NCBI GenBank assembly: GCA_002633005.1
Contig: NMRA01000819.1
Span: 24,324-88,323 of the forward strand
Direction: 5' to 3'
From: Phoronis australis
Taxonomy: Eukaryota; Animalia; Phoronida
Length of the DNA stretch: 64,000 nt
The notes under the pieces were generated by a model. That model made no database searches and was not told the DNA's origin. It saw only the letters and a program-made list of their open reading frames with translations. Both the position numbers and the translations under genes were made by a program. Below, one piece after another: positions 1-16,400 of this stretch (its first letter is position 1; each line of letters starts with the position of its first letter).

Positions 1-736
1 CATTGCTTTGTAAAACTGTACATAAAGCATTGTAAAACATTGCTTTGTAAAACTGTACATAAAGCATTGTAAAACATTGCTTTGTAAAACTGTACATAAA
101 GCATTGTAAAACATTGCTTTGTAAAACTGTACATAAAGCATTGTAAAACATTGCTTTGTAAAACTGTACATAAAGCATTGTAAAACATTGCTTTGTAAAA
201 CTGTACATAAAGCATTGTAAAACATTGCTTTGTAAAACTGTACATAAAGCATTGTAAAACATTGCTTTGTAAAACTGTACATAAAGCATTGTAAAACATT
301 GCTTTGTAAAACTGTACATAAAGCATTGTAAAACATTGCTTTGTAAAACTGTACATAAAGCATTGTAAAACATTGCTTTGTAAAACTGTACATAATGCAT
401 TGTAAAACATTGCTTTGTAAAACTGTACATAAAGCATTGTAAAACATTGCTTTGTAAAACTGTACATAAAGCATTGTAAAACATTGCTTTGTAAAACTGT
501 ACATAAAGCATTGTAAAACATTGCTTTATAAAACTGTACATAAAGCATTGTAAAACATTGCTTTGTAAAACTGTACATAATGCATTGTAAAACATTGCTT
601 TGTAAAACTGTACATAAAGCATTGTAAAACATTGCTTTGTAAAACTGTACATAAAGCATTGTAAAACATTTCTTTGTAAAACTGTACATAAAGCATTGTA
701 AAACATTGCTTTTATAAAACTGTACATAAAGCATTG
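1..736. repeat. 37-bp minisatellite, ~20 copies (runs off window start)
   Basis: CATTGCTTTGTAAAACTGTACATAAAGCATTGTAAAA in near-perfect tandem. Confidence 0.97.
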
Positions 737-1356
737 TTTGTGAAAGTGTCATTACACCCTATCAGCCATTTCAGAGTCATGATTCAAAAGTTGTGAATGT
801 CTAGGGTTCTACACAACCTGAAGAGTCTGTCATTGCATACTGGGATGCTTTGTAAAGTAGGAATAAGTGACAGTACTTGGGATAATTGAAAATGACATTG
901 GAGGCCCTGATTTGCTATGTTTGGGAGTGTTTTGTTTAGACATATTTTATAAATTTGGTTGACTTGAAACACGAGCATGGTTTTACTTTTATTGCATACT
1001 GCAAATTAGACTAGAAACACCTGAAACATTTCAACTACCCTTATAAGGACTGAAATTAAAAAAGTAATAATTTCAATACCATTCCTTTGTTCCAGAAATT
1101 CAAAATGATACCAAAACACGGGGGTTTATGTTGGTGGAGTCTCTTTAGGAAATCCCTCGTGCAATGTTGAGCACTTTTTGCAAAGGTCATAGTTACATAG
1201 ATGCTTCAAAGAATTGTGAGGGAGAATTTGATGGCAGTGTGTATTTATACTTGACATCCATCTTCATCAATTGAAATGCATGCCAGCATTTGCTCACATG
1301 GGTCCTAAAATGGAGTTGAAGATTGTGTTTACTAAATACTTCTGTTTTAAACTTAC

Positions 1357-1488
1357 CAACTGTCCTGAATGTGTGAAACAATAGACATAACTGTCGACAC
1401 ATCCGACAACAACATTGGAGACGCTGCACACAGGCGATGAAAAGAACGGTTTTCCAACACAGTTCTCCCAAAGGACACTGCCTGATGC
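1357..1488 (-). CDS. AASDH: AASDH exon (SGSVLWENCVGKPFFSSP...GCVDSYVYCFTHSGQL); further exons expected beyond the window start
   Basis: Within ORF 1294..1587; aag/gtaagt; 132 bp, phase 0->0. Confidence 0.92.
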
Positions 1489-4400
1489 CTTAAAAATCAA
1501 AGGAAATGCAATAGAGTTACAGTTTTCAAGTCTTAGTGCATTTTGTGACAATGACACAGGCTCACAGGTACCGAGTTCAAAATACACACATTAGGAGCAT
1601 CAAGTGTATCCCGAGTCCTGCTTGTTAATAACTAAGAAAAAAAATCATGTTTTACCTGAGGAGGTCAAGTATGAATTGATAAATACCTCAGTAACACATT
1701 TTTGCTGTTAGTAAACACCAGCAGTCATATTCCGAAAACCTGCATTTCATCTTTTTCTGCTGTTTACTTACAAAGATGAGTGTTTACTGGCCTCAAAATG
1801 TCCTCTATTAAATTTGAACATGGAGGACGGGAGGTCAAGGGTCATCAAGCTCACATTTAAGAATAAATACTCATGCTTATCCAAGTTTGCAATAATTCCA
1901 GTTGCCATGTTATTGCTCAGCAAATGAACAAATGAACAAGTCATGCACTTCAGATTATATACAAGGAGCATGGTGAGTTCACTCAATCTAAACATCAATA
2001 TTGGGTAAACATTATACTTTTGGTACTACATGCAACTCAAAACCTGAATGACCAATTATCTGAACTAATCAGAATTCCTAGACTGACATGGCTATAGACT
2101 AAGAAGTCAGCGCTCGGATTGGCAACCAATGCAACCTCAGATTCAGTTTGGCCACCTAGGAAAAATTCCAAGTTGCCACTGTGAATAATGAAGTTAGACA
2201 ATAGTTCCCTCTAAATTCGTTCCAAAGTTCGTGTTGACTTCCGAACTTTAAAATTACTATCAAACAGTTTTCCTAGATTTATTACCTTTGATTCACAACT
2301 GTTTCACTTATTTCATGAAATCAGCGCATTTGTCACTACATTTAAATTATATGAGGAAGTGAACAGACAGAAGTCCGAACTGTTCGGCAAAAACTTAACA
2401 AGATCGGCGAAATTCGCACCACTAGCCAATGCGGTCGTTGACGGCAGGAATTGAGTTAGAAAATGAAGAAGCGACTACATTTAGTCATTTACCAGGAAAT
2501 TGGGTGGCGCTACAGTCACCTGACCTTTTTTGGCTCATGAGCTTTTACGAAATCGGAATAAGGAATCTGGAAATTGATTTAAAACCCCGCCTTAAATTTT
2601 TCGTTTTGGCTACCTCAGATTTCATTTAGTGACCAAGTGCGACTTGGCATTTAGTGACCAAGTGCGACTTGGCATTTAGTGACCAAGTGCGACTTGGCAT
2701 TTAGTGACCAAGTGCGACTTGGCATTTAACTTAAGAGTTGTGATTTTAAATGGATAATGCTTATTTGGTCATACATTGAACAGATACTGTCCAGTCATAC
2801 AATAAACAGACACTGTCAAGTCATACAATAAACAGACACTGTCCAGTCATACAATTAACAGACACTGTCCACTCATACAATAAACAGACAATGTCCAGTC
2901 ATACAATAAATAGACACTGTCCAGTCATACAATAAACAGACAATGTCCAGTCATACAATAAATAGACACTGTCCAGTCATACAATAAACAGACACTGTCC
3001 AGTCATACAATAAACAGACACTGTCCAGTCATACACTAAACAGACACTGTCCAGCCATACAATAAACAGACACTGTCCAGTCATACAATAAACAGACACT
3101 GTCCAGTCATACAATAAACAGACACTGTCCAGTCATACAATAAACAGACACTGTCCAGTCATACACTAAACAGACACTGTCCAGTGATACAATTAACAGA
3201 CACTGTCCAGCCATACAATAAACAGACACTGTCCAGTCATACAATAAACTGTCCAGTCATACAATTAACAGACACTGTCCAGTCATACAATTAACAGACA
3301 CTGTCCAGTCATACAATTAACAGACACTGTCCAGTTTTTATAGTTGTCACTATAAGGACATAACAACACCAAGTTATGAGAAAGTGAACCCAAGAGCACA
3401 GTGATATCTAAAACTACATGTACAATGTTTGAGCACTTTAGCAGTTTATCCAAATGCGTGATTAAGTAATTTAAAAGAACTTACAGGGTGTAATGAAAAC
3501 AAACAGCCACCGAGCGTCGCCACGTACAATTGGTAAGGTTGGTAAGAAACACAGGGTGATGCAAAGACACTGCCCTTTTGTAGATCATGAGACCATCTCA
3601 CACTTCTGTTCTGAAAAAATAAGACACCACCAGAAATCAGTGCTTCTGAAACATATAGTACATTGATTTTCATAATTATTCAAAACCATGACAAAAATTT
3701 AAATATTAGGAGACAAAGGCATACTATATGCAACAAAACAAAGTCCTAGTTATAAACTGTGTTTTTGTTCAGCATATGTCCTATAATGAACACAGGCCAT
3801 ATGTAAGGGAAGCTAGTAGACGTTTTCAAAAGAGAATTGTGTTGGCGAAAATCACTCAATATGATGCAACAATGGAAATAGGACTAGACACAAGTGTATG
3901 AAGATGACCATAGAAAAGTGACATGAGAGACAACTCATTACCCTAATAAGTACAGTTATATTACAAGTGAAACTCTTGACAATTTTGAACATTCATGCTG
4001 TACTATTTGACAAAAACAATCAAACAAAACATTATTTCCCCAACATAACAGTTGATTCTGAAAGCAGCAAAAATGTAATGATTATCTTGGTGGCAGAATG
4101 TCTTAGCCACCGTTCTAACTTTCCATTCTTGGTTACGAGAGAAGGTCACTGACAATGAATTTGACGTCTGCTTAGTAGGGAATTATGGGTCATCTGCTCA
4201 AATGCTTTTGGTGGATACTGTATTTATCTTTTTATATTAAATTTGTGTTTGTCCAAATCCACATTCTCAGAGGACTATTCCATATTCTCAGAGCACTGTA
4301 ACAAGACCAACAAAATAATTTACTGAAAACCAAAATCTCTTATTTTCGTGTGAAACTCATCATTCAGTTGCACAATGGATCATACAATACTTGTGACAGT

Positions 4401-7400
4401 GGGCTTAAATATCAGTGTGGATGTCATGAAAGTAATATGGCCAACTACTTCTCCAGCAAATACCTTCACATCTAATGCGTAGATGTGTTGATCATGTGAT
4501 CCAACATAGACCAATCCAGAAGTAGTGTCTGTGACTGGGGAGCTCTTGACAGCAGCACCTGTACAGAATGCCCACCAGATGTCACCAGTGGACAGGCACA
4601 TAGAGTACACACAGCCATCATAGCAACCTGCAATGAAAAAAATCAAATTCAGATTTTCTAATTGCTCAAATTTGCCAATATGTAGTAACTGCATGTTTAA
4701 ACTAACACAACTAAAAGGGAGACAAATTCACGAGTTACAAAAACTTAACTTGCACCATCTTGATCAATTTTTTATGGACAACTGCAACACGCTGTATCTG
4801 AACCCACCAACTTGTTTTGTCACCAATTTGAAAGTAATCAAAATCCATTCCTTTCAACATTTTGTTGCCAATTACACAACCAAGACAGCGTTTCCTAGCT
4901 AAAGCAAACCTTTCAAGTACTCAAATTTCCTTTACAAATCAACTGTGATGTGCCCTCCTACTCACTGACCTACCGGTGAGTCACAGGCCTTACAAACAGT
5001 ATCATATAAGTGCATACTGATCAAGATTTGTCCTTGAAATCGAACTCAAAATTGTATTTCACAATTTCCATTCCACTTTTGTCGAGACCCAAGATAAGAG
5101 TCAATCATTTTGTGCTCAGTGCATTATGGTTGATGTACATGATATTCAGTCCTACTTAGTGGCCAGTATTAAAGCTGCAGCTTGTTTCAATGGATTTTTA
5201 GTGTTTTTATTCTCTCTCTCTACATATATCCAGATGATCTGTGTGTTGACCAACAGTTCTCCATTATCATTCATTGATATAAATCTTCACTCATATTACA
5301 CAATATGGTGGACAACTGAAATTCTAGTTTGTCAAATTTCTCAGCAAAAAAGTAAGTAAAACTTTATTCTACTTATAGCTCAGTATGCCAGTGTGTAGAC
5401 ATCATAAAACAGTTTTCCAGTGTATGGGTATCGTAAAACAGTTCGTCATTGTGTGGATGTCATAAAACAGTTTGCCAGTGTGTGGCCGCCATAGAAAAGT
5501 TTGCCAGTGTGTGGACGTCATAGAACAGTTTGCCAGTGTGTGAATGTCACAGAACAGTTTGCCATTTGGTGAATGTCACAGAACAGTTGGGTGGGTGCCC
5601 CAGAACAAGATTTGGCCAATAAGTTGATGTAAATTATGCTTCAAATGATGAGTGGTTCAAAAGGCAGGAAGACTTGGGAAAGTCATTCTATCACATTCCG
5701 TATGGAAAGTCATTCTATCACATTCGGTATGGAAAGTCATTCTATCACATTCCGTATGGAAAGTCATTCTATCACATTCCGTATGGAAAGTCATTCCATC
5801 ACATTCCGTATGGAAAGTCATTCTATCACATTCCGTATGGAAAGTCATTCTATCACATTCCGTATGGAAAGTCATTCTATCACATTCCGTATAAGGAAAC
5901 AATTGCGTCCACTGCAAAACGAAGTTTCATTGAGGTATGCGCAGTTGAAGCTGTCATAATTTGGCTATTAAGATTTGGCAGATTTCCCATTATTTGCAGT
6001 AGGGTTATTCAGCCCTTGAACATAGAAAAACGACAAAACTGACATTAATTTTTATGCAAGATAAATGAATTGGCATACTTTTCCAAACAGTACTTTTATC
6101 AACCACAAACAGCCTTCTTCAATCAATGCACCTTCCTTACCTACTACAACAAACTGTCCACAGACAGAAAGACAGGCTGACGACTCAATACGACCTGGCA
6201 GATTTTGCTTCCAAAGCAACAAACCAGTGGCGACATCTAGTGCCACAAACTGATGAGAATGAGATCCGATGCATAATGTGACACGACCACACCTAAAAAG
6301 TTCAAAGTTCAAAAAGTGAACATGGTTTTGGAAGATGTTACAATATATACAAACCCATTTAGATCTGAATTAGTAACAGATCAACAATAAATGACATCAT
6401 TCATGGAAGACCTGTTGATGACTGATTATTGCTCTCATAAGAAATCAACAATGTCCATGATCAACGGACAGATGTTGAATCTTGCGACTGCTGACAGGAA
6501 TTCTTATATAAACTATTTATGTCATATCATATTGTTTCATATATCATTTTTACGAATTCGTACAAATTGGTGATATGGATTCATATAGAATTTCTTTCAT
6601 GATAAATTAAAATCAAAATTGCCTGAATAAATGTGATATATCAAATACAGTATATTTCATTATTTAACCTTTTGTGCATAACACCAAAAATGCATTTTTC
6701 AAACAGTCTTAGCTGATATGACCCCAGCATGCTATGTATAGCCAAGACGTTGCTATCGGCAATGTTTAAAAGTATGCTGAGGTCATTTATTTTACCATGT
6801 GCAATAACCTATGACTTACATGCACAAGTTTTTATTCACCAACAACTTAATAAACTGACTAAGCTTGACCACACTTGGTGACAAATGTCATCTTCTTCAA
6901 AATTTATATAATTATCAGTATCTGTGCCTGAATGAATGTAGCCTTAAAACAAAATTACGTCAACTTAATAATATTGCTCATATCAATCGCCAGTTTCCAA
7001 GGCAAGGCTGATTTTCATACTTCTTGTATTGTGAGAAAACTAATTGATTTTAGTGACATATCAGAAATTTTGCACTTTGGTGTCACCAACACAATTAATC
7101 TACACAATTTTAGCACCAAGCATACTGTATGCACAGCATGGAGTTTTTAAAATAAATTATACAATGTCAAAATTCAATGACTCAATATAGATTCTTTTTC
7201 ACTACAACAAGTTTAATTTTAGCCAATTTTTGACAAAATTTTGCCAGATGTACCACTATGCACTTTGTTAAAATTGTGACCACTTATCATCTGGGCATGC
7301 TACTCAGTGCCATTCATTTACAGAATTATTAAGAAAAAGAAATCAACTGACTGCAAAGATCAATCACTTCTCCCTAATGCATATTGTTCTTACTAAAACA

Positions 7401-10400
7401 TCATTAATTATAAGTATTACTCTATCATTGCCGTGCAATACATAATTTCATTAAAACTGCTCAGTCATACCCACAATGAACCACCAAAGGTGAGGCATCC
7501 ACACATTTCCCAGTGTTATAGGTCCACATCAAATACAAATTGAGGCTGGACTCGTCAGTCTGTCTTGATACATGTCCAAATTTCTCACATGAATCTCCAT
7601 AACAGTTCTTACAGGCTTCACCTCTACCCACCTTGGCATCACTGAGTGATAACCTAGGACAGTAACATGGCCGACTGTCCTCATCACCAATCGCAACACT
7701 ATGACAGATCACCTGAGAAGACCTTCTCATAGACCACACAGAATGGGGCAAAATANTTGAATCTTGCGACTGCTGACAGGAATTCTTATAAACTATTTAT
7801 GTCATATCATAATGTTTCATATATCATTTTTACGAATTCATACAAATTGGTGATATGGATTCATATAGAATTTCTTTCATGATAAATTAAAATCAAAATT
7901 GCCTGAATAAATGTGATATATCAAATACAGTATATTTCATTATTTAACCTTGTGTGCATAACACCAAAAATGCATTTTTCAAACAGTCTTAGCTGATATG
8001 ACCCCAGCATGCTATGTATAGCCAAGACGTTGCTATCGGCAATGTTTAAAAGTATGCTGAGGTCATTTATTTTACCATGTGCAATAACCTATGATTTACA
8101 TGCACAAGTTTTTATTCACCAACAACTTAATAAACTGACTAAGCTTGACCACACTTGACCACACTTGGTGACAAATGTCATCTTCAAAATTTATATAATT
8201 ATCAGTATCTGTGCCTGAATGAATGTAGCCTTAAAACACAATTACGTCAGCTTAATAATATTGCTCATATCAATCGCCAGTTTCCAAGGCTGATTTTCAT
8301 ACTTCTTGTATTGTGAGAAAACTAATTGATTTTAGTGACATATCAGAAATTTTGCACTTTGGTGTCACCAACACAATTAATCTACACAATTTTAGCACCA
8401 AGCATACTGTATCCACAGCATGGAGTTTTTAAAATAAACTATACAATGTCAAAATTCAATGACTCAATATAGATTCTTTTTTACTACAACAAGTTTAATT
8501 TTAGCCAATTTTTGACAAAATTTTGCCAGATGTACCACTATGCACTTTGCTAAAATTGTGACCACTTATCATCTGGGCATGCTACTCAGTGCCATTCATT
8601 TACAGAATTATTAAGAAAAAGAAATCAACTGACTGCAAAGATCAATCACTTCTCCCTAATGCATATTGTTCTTACTTAAAACATCATTAATTATAAGTAT
8701 TACTCTATCATTGCCGTGCAATACATAATTTCATTAAAACTGCTCAGTCATACCCACAATGAACCACCAAAGGTGAGGCATCCACACATTTCCCAGTGTT
8801 ATAGGTCCACATCAAATACAAATTGAGGCTGGACTCGTCAGTCTGTCTTGATACATGTCCAAATTTCTCACATGAATCTCCATAACAGTTCTTACAGGCT
8901 TCACCTCTACCCACCTTGGCATCACTGAGTGATAACCTAGGACAGTAACATGGCCGACTGTCCTCATCACCAATCGCAACACTATGACAGATCACCTGAG
9001 AAGACCTTCTCATAGACCACACAGAATGGGGCAAAATATCTTTTTTATGAAGTCTGGGAATTTTACCTGGAAAGACGCTACTCGTATCAGAATTGACTAT
9101 GCTTTTAATCCTTTTGTAACCATCAAATGATATAACAGTGTTTTCCAATGTTGTGCAACTGTGCAATTGAGCCAGCTCAGAACTGACTGTTTTTTCATTT
9201 TCAGTTTGGCTCATATTGCTTTCACTATCCACTCCATAGAGGTCATCTTGGTCAGGTTTTCTGAAAATTTCAGAATCTTTAAGCTTAGCTTTCACATCTC
9301 CATTCACAATGACATCTTTATTGCATTTTTCTAAGTTATCTCTTTGGATAACAGTGTTATCAGGTCCAACACAACTGACATGGCCCACACTGGTAACTCT
9401 TGACCGTTCCTCAACAAATTTCTTAAGAGTGCAATAGGGAGAGTGAAGAACGGTGTCCAGTACTAGAGGAGAGTTCAAGCTGTACGCATTCGAGATTCTG
9501 TCAGCCAATTGAACAGCGAGGAATGAAGTGCCACCAGACTCGACAAAATAACTTGAGTCAATGGGTGGAGTATCTGTGCCCAGAACTTCCTGAAATGAGA
9601 CAGGAAATGACTGACAACTGTTATCACTTGGCAAAAACCTTGGAATGTCCTAATCACTGTCAAGATGTTATTCAAATTGAGCAAAGTACAGTACTTAAAC
9701 AGTTACTGTAGGACAGTTGAATGTGACATATCAGCCAAGTAGTTAACGTTAATCAATACGCCAGACCAAAAAAGATATTTTAATAAGCCTAACTTCAACA
9801 GAGTTTTATTCTTTAGGTGTATTAGGCTAACCAGATAGTCCTAGTAAAGCCTTAGTGAAATAACAAAAATGCGAGTTCAATCACGTAAGTGTAAACCTGT
9901 CAAATCATAAGTGAAGCTGCGTTTTCGTGCCATGTTGCGTCACCGTGAGATCCCAACACAAACAACATAAGGTTGTATTGAATAGGGGTATGAATAGAAC
10001 ACCATTGCCTGCAGGTGTTATTCACACCTGCTTGACTTAAAAGGCGATTCTCGTGGTGACGTAGGCAAAAGCAAGCTAATACGCCTAACAGTTCGTTACA
10101 TTTGGCAATTCATGGCACTAGTGAGTGAACTCATGGCGATGCTCTTAAGATACTGTAGGAACCAAATTTACATTTGTTACCGTTGGAGATAGGCTTTAAA
10201 GTACAGACAACTAATTGACATAGTGTGTAAAATTAGTACCATCCACAAACATGATATACTTCTGCACATCGTTTGAGCCTGACTGTCTCGGGCCAATCCT
10301 CTCAGTTTTTCTTTGTCTAGTTTACCTAAAATGTATACAATGTCATAAAATGTATACAGTCAGTATCATATTATTAATTTTGTAAAACAAGTAATTTATT

Positions 10401-13400
10401 CATCTACGTCTTGATTTAATATTCGGAAAGCTATCAATTCCATTACCACATCTCCAAGTTTCACAGAGGATCCCCTAAACTCCAATCTCTGACCAGCACA
10501 CACCAATACAGTACATATCCTCAGACCCAAACCCCTACACTCCAATCTCCGACCAGCACACCAACAGTACATATCCTCAGACCCAAACCCCTACACTCCA
10601 ATCTCCGACCAGCACACCAACAGTACATATCCTCAGACCCCAAACCCTCTACACTCCACTGCTCCATACATGATGACCAAATTCCAGTCTCAGGGACTAG
10701 AATACATGATTGGGCCTCCAAATTTCAAGAAATACCGTCATGGAATCTGGTCCCCATGATTGAAGTTTAATCACGAGACAACGGTTGGGCTAACAATTGG
10801 GGTTTTGTTACCACAATGCCAAAGTGAGTCTAAGCAAGACTGTGACTAACCCATCCAATGCCTAAATGAGTCCAACCCAGACTGTGACTAACCCATCCAA
10901 TGCCTAAGTGAGTCCAACCCAGACTGTGACTAAGCCATCCAATGCCTAAGTGAGTCTAAGCTAGACTGTGACTGACCCATCCAATGCCTAAGTGAGTCCA
11001 ACCCAGACTGTGACTAACCCATCCAATGCCTAAGTGAGTCCAACCCAGACTGTGACTAAGCCATCCAATGCCTAAGTGAGTCTAAGCTAGACTGTGACTA
11101 ACCCATCCAGTGCCTAAGTGAGTGCAACCCAGACTGTGACTAAGCCGTCCAAATCAATTTACAAATTAATGCTCATGTTGGACCCATTCACTAATTTCTT
11201 GATTTTAAAAATTGAAAGATGGCAACTATTTAATTTAAATTTTAAAAACACTCATGTTGGTTGTTTGTATTAAATTACTTATTGTTCGTTTTTTGACTTC
11301 GAAACTCAAGCACTAAACAGGCATATTGATTTATGATCGCCTTTGAATTCCCTGGACAATCTAGGGTAAACAGTGCACGCTTTCTCGTCCAAAAACATTG
11401 TGGGATTGGTATCTGCTGGTCTGGAATGAATTAAGGACATCTTAGGTGAAATCTAGAGGCACAATAATCGTGGAATTGTTTTTAGAATAAGGTAACTGTA
11501 TCTGCTGGTCTGGAATGAATTAAGGACATCTTAGGTGAAATCTAGAGGCACAATAATCGTGGAATTGCTTTTAGATTAAGGTAACTGTATTGAGACTAAT
11601 GAGAGCTTTCTTAGACCTTATCCTTGCTATAAATGTGACATGTACTAACTAGACTTGATCCTTGCTATAAATGTGACATGTACTAACTAGACTTGATCCT
11701 TGCTATAAATGTGACATGTACTAACTAGACTTGATCCTTGCTATAAATGTGACATGTACTAACTAGACTAACAACCTAATTACGAGGCACAGTAAGTTGA
11801 GCTTACAGCCTAGTTATGAGGTACAATGGAGCACACGGTGAATTTTCATGCATTCAGTACAAGACCACAACTGGTAACCATATGAAAAATGTGAAAGGGA
11901 AATTCAGAACCACATAAAATGAATTTTTAAAATTGATTGATGAAGGTTTTCATCAGTTACAAACAAAACATTTATTAAGAAAATCAATTTTCATTGTTAA
12001 TATAACAAACTACCATGTCGGGTCACAGGAATTTCACCAACTTCCACAATAATATCTGGATCATAGCATGGTGGGAGTTGTTGTTTGATGTGTTGCCTGG
12101 CAACTGCTTGGTCACAACCAATCACAGCCATGAACAGTCTGTCATTCATCATCACTGCAGCAGCTGCTTGAACAGCTGTCACCTGCAGCATTGTCTGAAA
12201 GTGAAGAATAGCTTTCAAGAAATTGACACAACCCCATGTTGTTGCAATCTTTGTACCAATGAGTTTAATGCCAATGTTAACCAAACATTTGTTGAATTCA
12301 AGGCCAGTGACTACAAGGCTAAAATACTCGGCCAATTATCAAACGAGGACTAACTCCACCAGCAAGAATTCCAGGTTCCAATCCGTGCTAGGGTTGATAT
12401 CAGTAAATTAGTTTTCTCGCGGACAATGTCCCCTAAACTGAATTTTACATATGTGTGGAACAGTTAATATGTGAGCAGTTTTATTGGCAAAGCCCCTAGT
12501 GGCACTGAGGATATGATACAGATGTGTTTGCAATTGGCTCAAGCCTGCAACAAAAGAACATGTTCAGCTGTATTTCCATGTTAATTATAAATAGTTGCCA
12601 TGACATGGCTTAGCATGGTGCGGACAATGTTGATTTGTTTCTGTCGCGACAAAACATGTTTAGGTTTGTTAGTTGTATGTGATTGGTAGAGTGCCAAGGG
12701 ATTAGAGAAAATGTGAGAAAGTCTGACGACACCGACATGTGTCCAAGCACAGAAAATGCTGCCTCCTGTGATCTGAGCTTTGGATGCTGAATATATAACA
12801 CTGAACATTGAATGTAAAATATAATAAATTAACATTGTACTAAGAAGAATATGTTTGTGTGCAACAGGTGATGTTTGATCAATTTTAGGAGCATTCCAAC
12901 TTTTAGTGATGCCACTCGGGAAGCTACTTCACAGATGAGATCCGCACAAAAGGAGAATTTTTAGACAATACAAGATATGCAGAAACCAGTATCTAACAAT
13001 CAATGCTGTGTTTTGAACGAAATCTGCATCAGAGAGCCACTACTGCTAAATTCTAGTAAACTTATACTTACACTACAGCCACCAAAATGTATAAAACAAT
13101 ATGACGGTCATTTGGATTTTTAAAATGCAACATTCACCAAATAGGCAGCGCTAACATGATAATGCATTACACAGTGCTAACATGATAACGCATTACACAC
13201 TGCTAACATGATAACGCATTACACAAAGCTAACATAATGCATTACACAGTGCTAACATGATAATGCATTACACAGTGCTAACATGATAACGCATTACACA
13301 GTGACAGCGTGTGACATGGGAGACAACTACAACAATTGACAACAAAACGAAGTTTGGGTTAAACAGCAAATATACTGTAGCCTTGATAATTTTGCCAAGG

Positions 13401-16400
13401 TGGCGTTTTCTGATTAGTTTTTACATTAAGGTTTTTCATTACGTAACCTTTGGATTAATCAACTTTTAACCTGTTGAAGACGAAGCAGGTTCATCCTCTG
13501 ACCATGACGTTTCACCTGGTCATCTATCCGCCCCTCGTACACAATTGAATCTCCCACCCTACAAACCATATCGCCGGTACAACGCATCACGGGAAACTGA
13601 GAATGAGTGAGTTCATTGTCCACATAACAGAACCGGCTGTTGCTACCTAGGGAATAGTGAGAGAGAGTGAAGCCATTACTATAGGGTACTACACTTTCAA
13701 AGATGACATAGTAGTATATGATAATTGCAGGTGGTTTGGTACACGTTGGGCAAGCCGTTCCGGAGGGCCCATTGCACTAATCAGATGGAACCATTCTAAT
13801 GCTTTATTAACATGTATAGTTAACACACAACTCAATCATCAAGCAGTGTGCGCTAGTGAGACACTAACACACAACTCAATCATCGAGCAGTGTGCCCAAG
13901 TGAGACACTAACCCACAACTCAATCATCGAGCAGTGTGCCCTAGTGAGACACTAACACACAACTTTGAGTACAGGAAGCAGACACTTGTCCTACTTGACA
14001 ACAATGATTCCTTGGCTTGAAAGAAGTGCAGCATGAAAACAGAGACTGGACTCCTTTTTTCACAGGGTTTTGTAAGGGTTAAACGGGGCCCTACTGAATT
14101 TTGGGTTTGCTTGTTGTTTGGAAATTATAGCAGTGTATGTCCAGATGCCTACTATGCTCCAGTCAGCCACCACACCAGGCGAGGCGTCATCGTCAACAAG
14201 TACCTAAACCTAATGTTCTATGCTCCAGTCAGTCTGAACCCAATGTTCTATGCTCCAGTCAGCCTAAACCCAATGTTCTATGCTCCAGTCAGCCTAAACC
14301 CAATGTTCNNNNNNNNNNNNNNNNNNNNNNNNNNNNNNNNNNNNNNNNNNNNNNNNNNNNNNNNNNNNNNNNNNNNNNNNNNNNNNNNNNNNNNNNNNNN
14401 NNNNNNNNNNNNNNNNNNNNNNNNNNNNNNNNNNNNNNNNNNNNNNNNNNNNNNNNNNNNNNNNNNNCTAGTGAGACACTAACCCACAACTCAATCATCG
14501 AGCAGTGTGCCCCAGTGAGACACTAACCCACAACTCAATCATCGAGCAGTGTGCCCTAGTGAGACACTAACACACAACTTTGAGTACAGGAAGCAGACAC
14601 TTGTCCTACTTGACAACAATGATTCCTTGGCTTGAAAGAAGTGCAGCATGAAAACAGACACTGGACTCCTTTTTTCACAGGGTTTTGTAAGGGTTAAACG
14701 GGGCCCTACTGAATTTTGGGTTTGCTTGTTGTTTGGAAATTATAGCAGTGTATGTCCAGATGCCTACTATGCTCCAGTCAGCCACCGCACCAGGCGTCAT
14801 CGTCAACAAGTACCTAAACCTAATGTTCTATGCTCCAGTCAGCCTAAACCCAATGTTCTATGCTCCAGTCAGCCTAAACCCAATGTAGGTTAGTGACACA
14901 TACCAACGTTGTGATCCATCAGATTGTTTTTGCAAATGCTACGGTGTGTTGCGTGCATCAAGGGAAAAAATTAGTTAAGCTACAGAAGAACACCACCTGC
15001 CCAGAGTAGTACAATAACTTTTAAACATTGGATAGTAAATCTGGTTTTGTAAACAATTACGACTTTCCAATTCAACATCCAAAACAAAATCATGCTCTGT
15101 TACCCTCACCCACTCTTAAAAGACAGGAGAAAATATGAAAACTTTTCACAAAAATCTGCTTAACCTGCCAGCAGAACTAAAGCTTTGTGACACAATAACT
15201 GTGGAGAAAGACGACCCATTAAGAACGACTGGACACATTAAATGAAATAGTGAACAAGTGCAGCAGACTCCTCATTTGATGACCCACCTGAGACACCAAT
15301 GGTGCATCAGCAGCAGACAGAACTAGGACTGGTGGAAATTACCAAAACAGGGTATGGTATTTTTTTAAGATAAAGTGCAAAACAGACATGACTTCCAAGC
15401 CAAGTGGTTCCAATTTGTTGTACATTGTTTCTGAATTTAAGTTATGACTCCGAGGAACTAAGTTGTGGATATTAACCGGAGTTCTTTAATAAATCTTTGA
15501 AAGAATTTCCTCACATGACCAATGTGAAGGACAGTTGCTGGCAGCCATTATTCAAACAAAATTGTGACTAAACACCGGTTCAACATAACAAATAAAAATT
15601 GACCAATATTACCAACATTGACCAATATTACCAACATTGACCAATATTACCAACATTGACCAATATTACCAACATTGACCAATATTACCAACATTGACCA
15701 ATATTACCAACATTGACCAATATTACCAACATTGACCAATATTACCAACATTGACCAATATTACCAACATTGACCAATATTACCAACATTGACCAATATT
15801 ACCAACATTGACCAATATTACCAACATTGACCAATATTACCAACATTGACCAATATTACCAACATTGACCAATATTACCAACATTGACCAATATTACCAA
15901 CATTGACCAATATTACCAACATTGACCAATATTACCAACATTGACCAATATTACCAACATTGACCAATATTACCAACATTGACCAATATTACCAACATTG
16001 ACCAATATTACCAACATTGCTTATAAAAAGGTAAGATAAGCTTAAGATAAAATGATGAAAGGGAAATTTCCCACTAAACTCTGCCTATCAAAGTTAGTAA
16101 GTGGTACGTTCTACACAAATCTAGCCAGGTCTGATGAGATAGACCTACAATTACTCACAGCCCTAAGTACGTTCTACACAAATCTAGCCAGGTCTGATGT
16201 GATAGACCTACAATTACTCACAGCCCTAATTTTAAATAGTAAGCAAACGAATCCCATGTAATTAGAAGACACAATGAAGCAAAGAATAAGCTGTAAAATT
16301 TGTTCATCCAAACAATTTTTTCTCTCAATTTTCCTGAAATAAGCATGTCTTCTAATCTCACCTATATACAGGACACCTGTAGCATGTCTTCTAATCTCAC

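Noticed and set aside
1-3335. Regular 25-37-bp repeats as CRISPR arrays
   Set aside because: Units are head-to-tail with no unique spacers, no cas genes are present, and they lie in eukaryotic introns
5636-6042. Repetitive ORFs (MESHSITFR)n and similar, also at 20168-20644 and 21104-21384
   Set aside because: By-products of stop-free minisatellites that are open in several frames; intronic
7461-7755. Second copy of the AASDH propeller-start exon as true exon duplication or mutually exclusive splicing
   Set aside because: Truncated exactly at the N, lacks an acceptor, and its coding part looks identical to 8754-9038; best explained as a haplotype overlap
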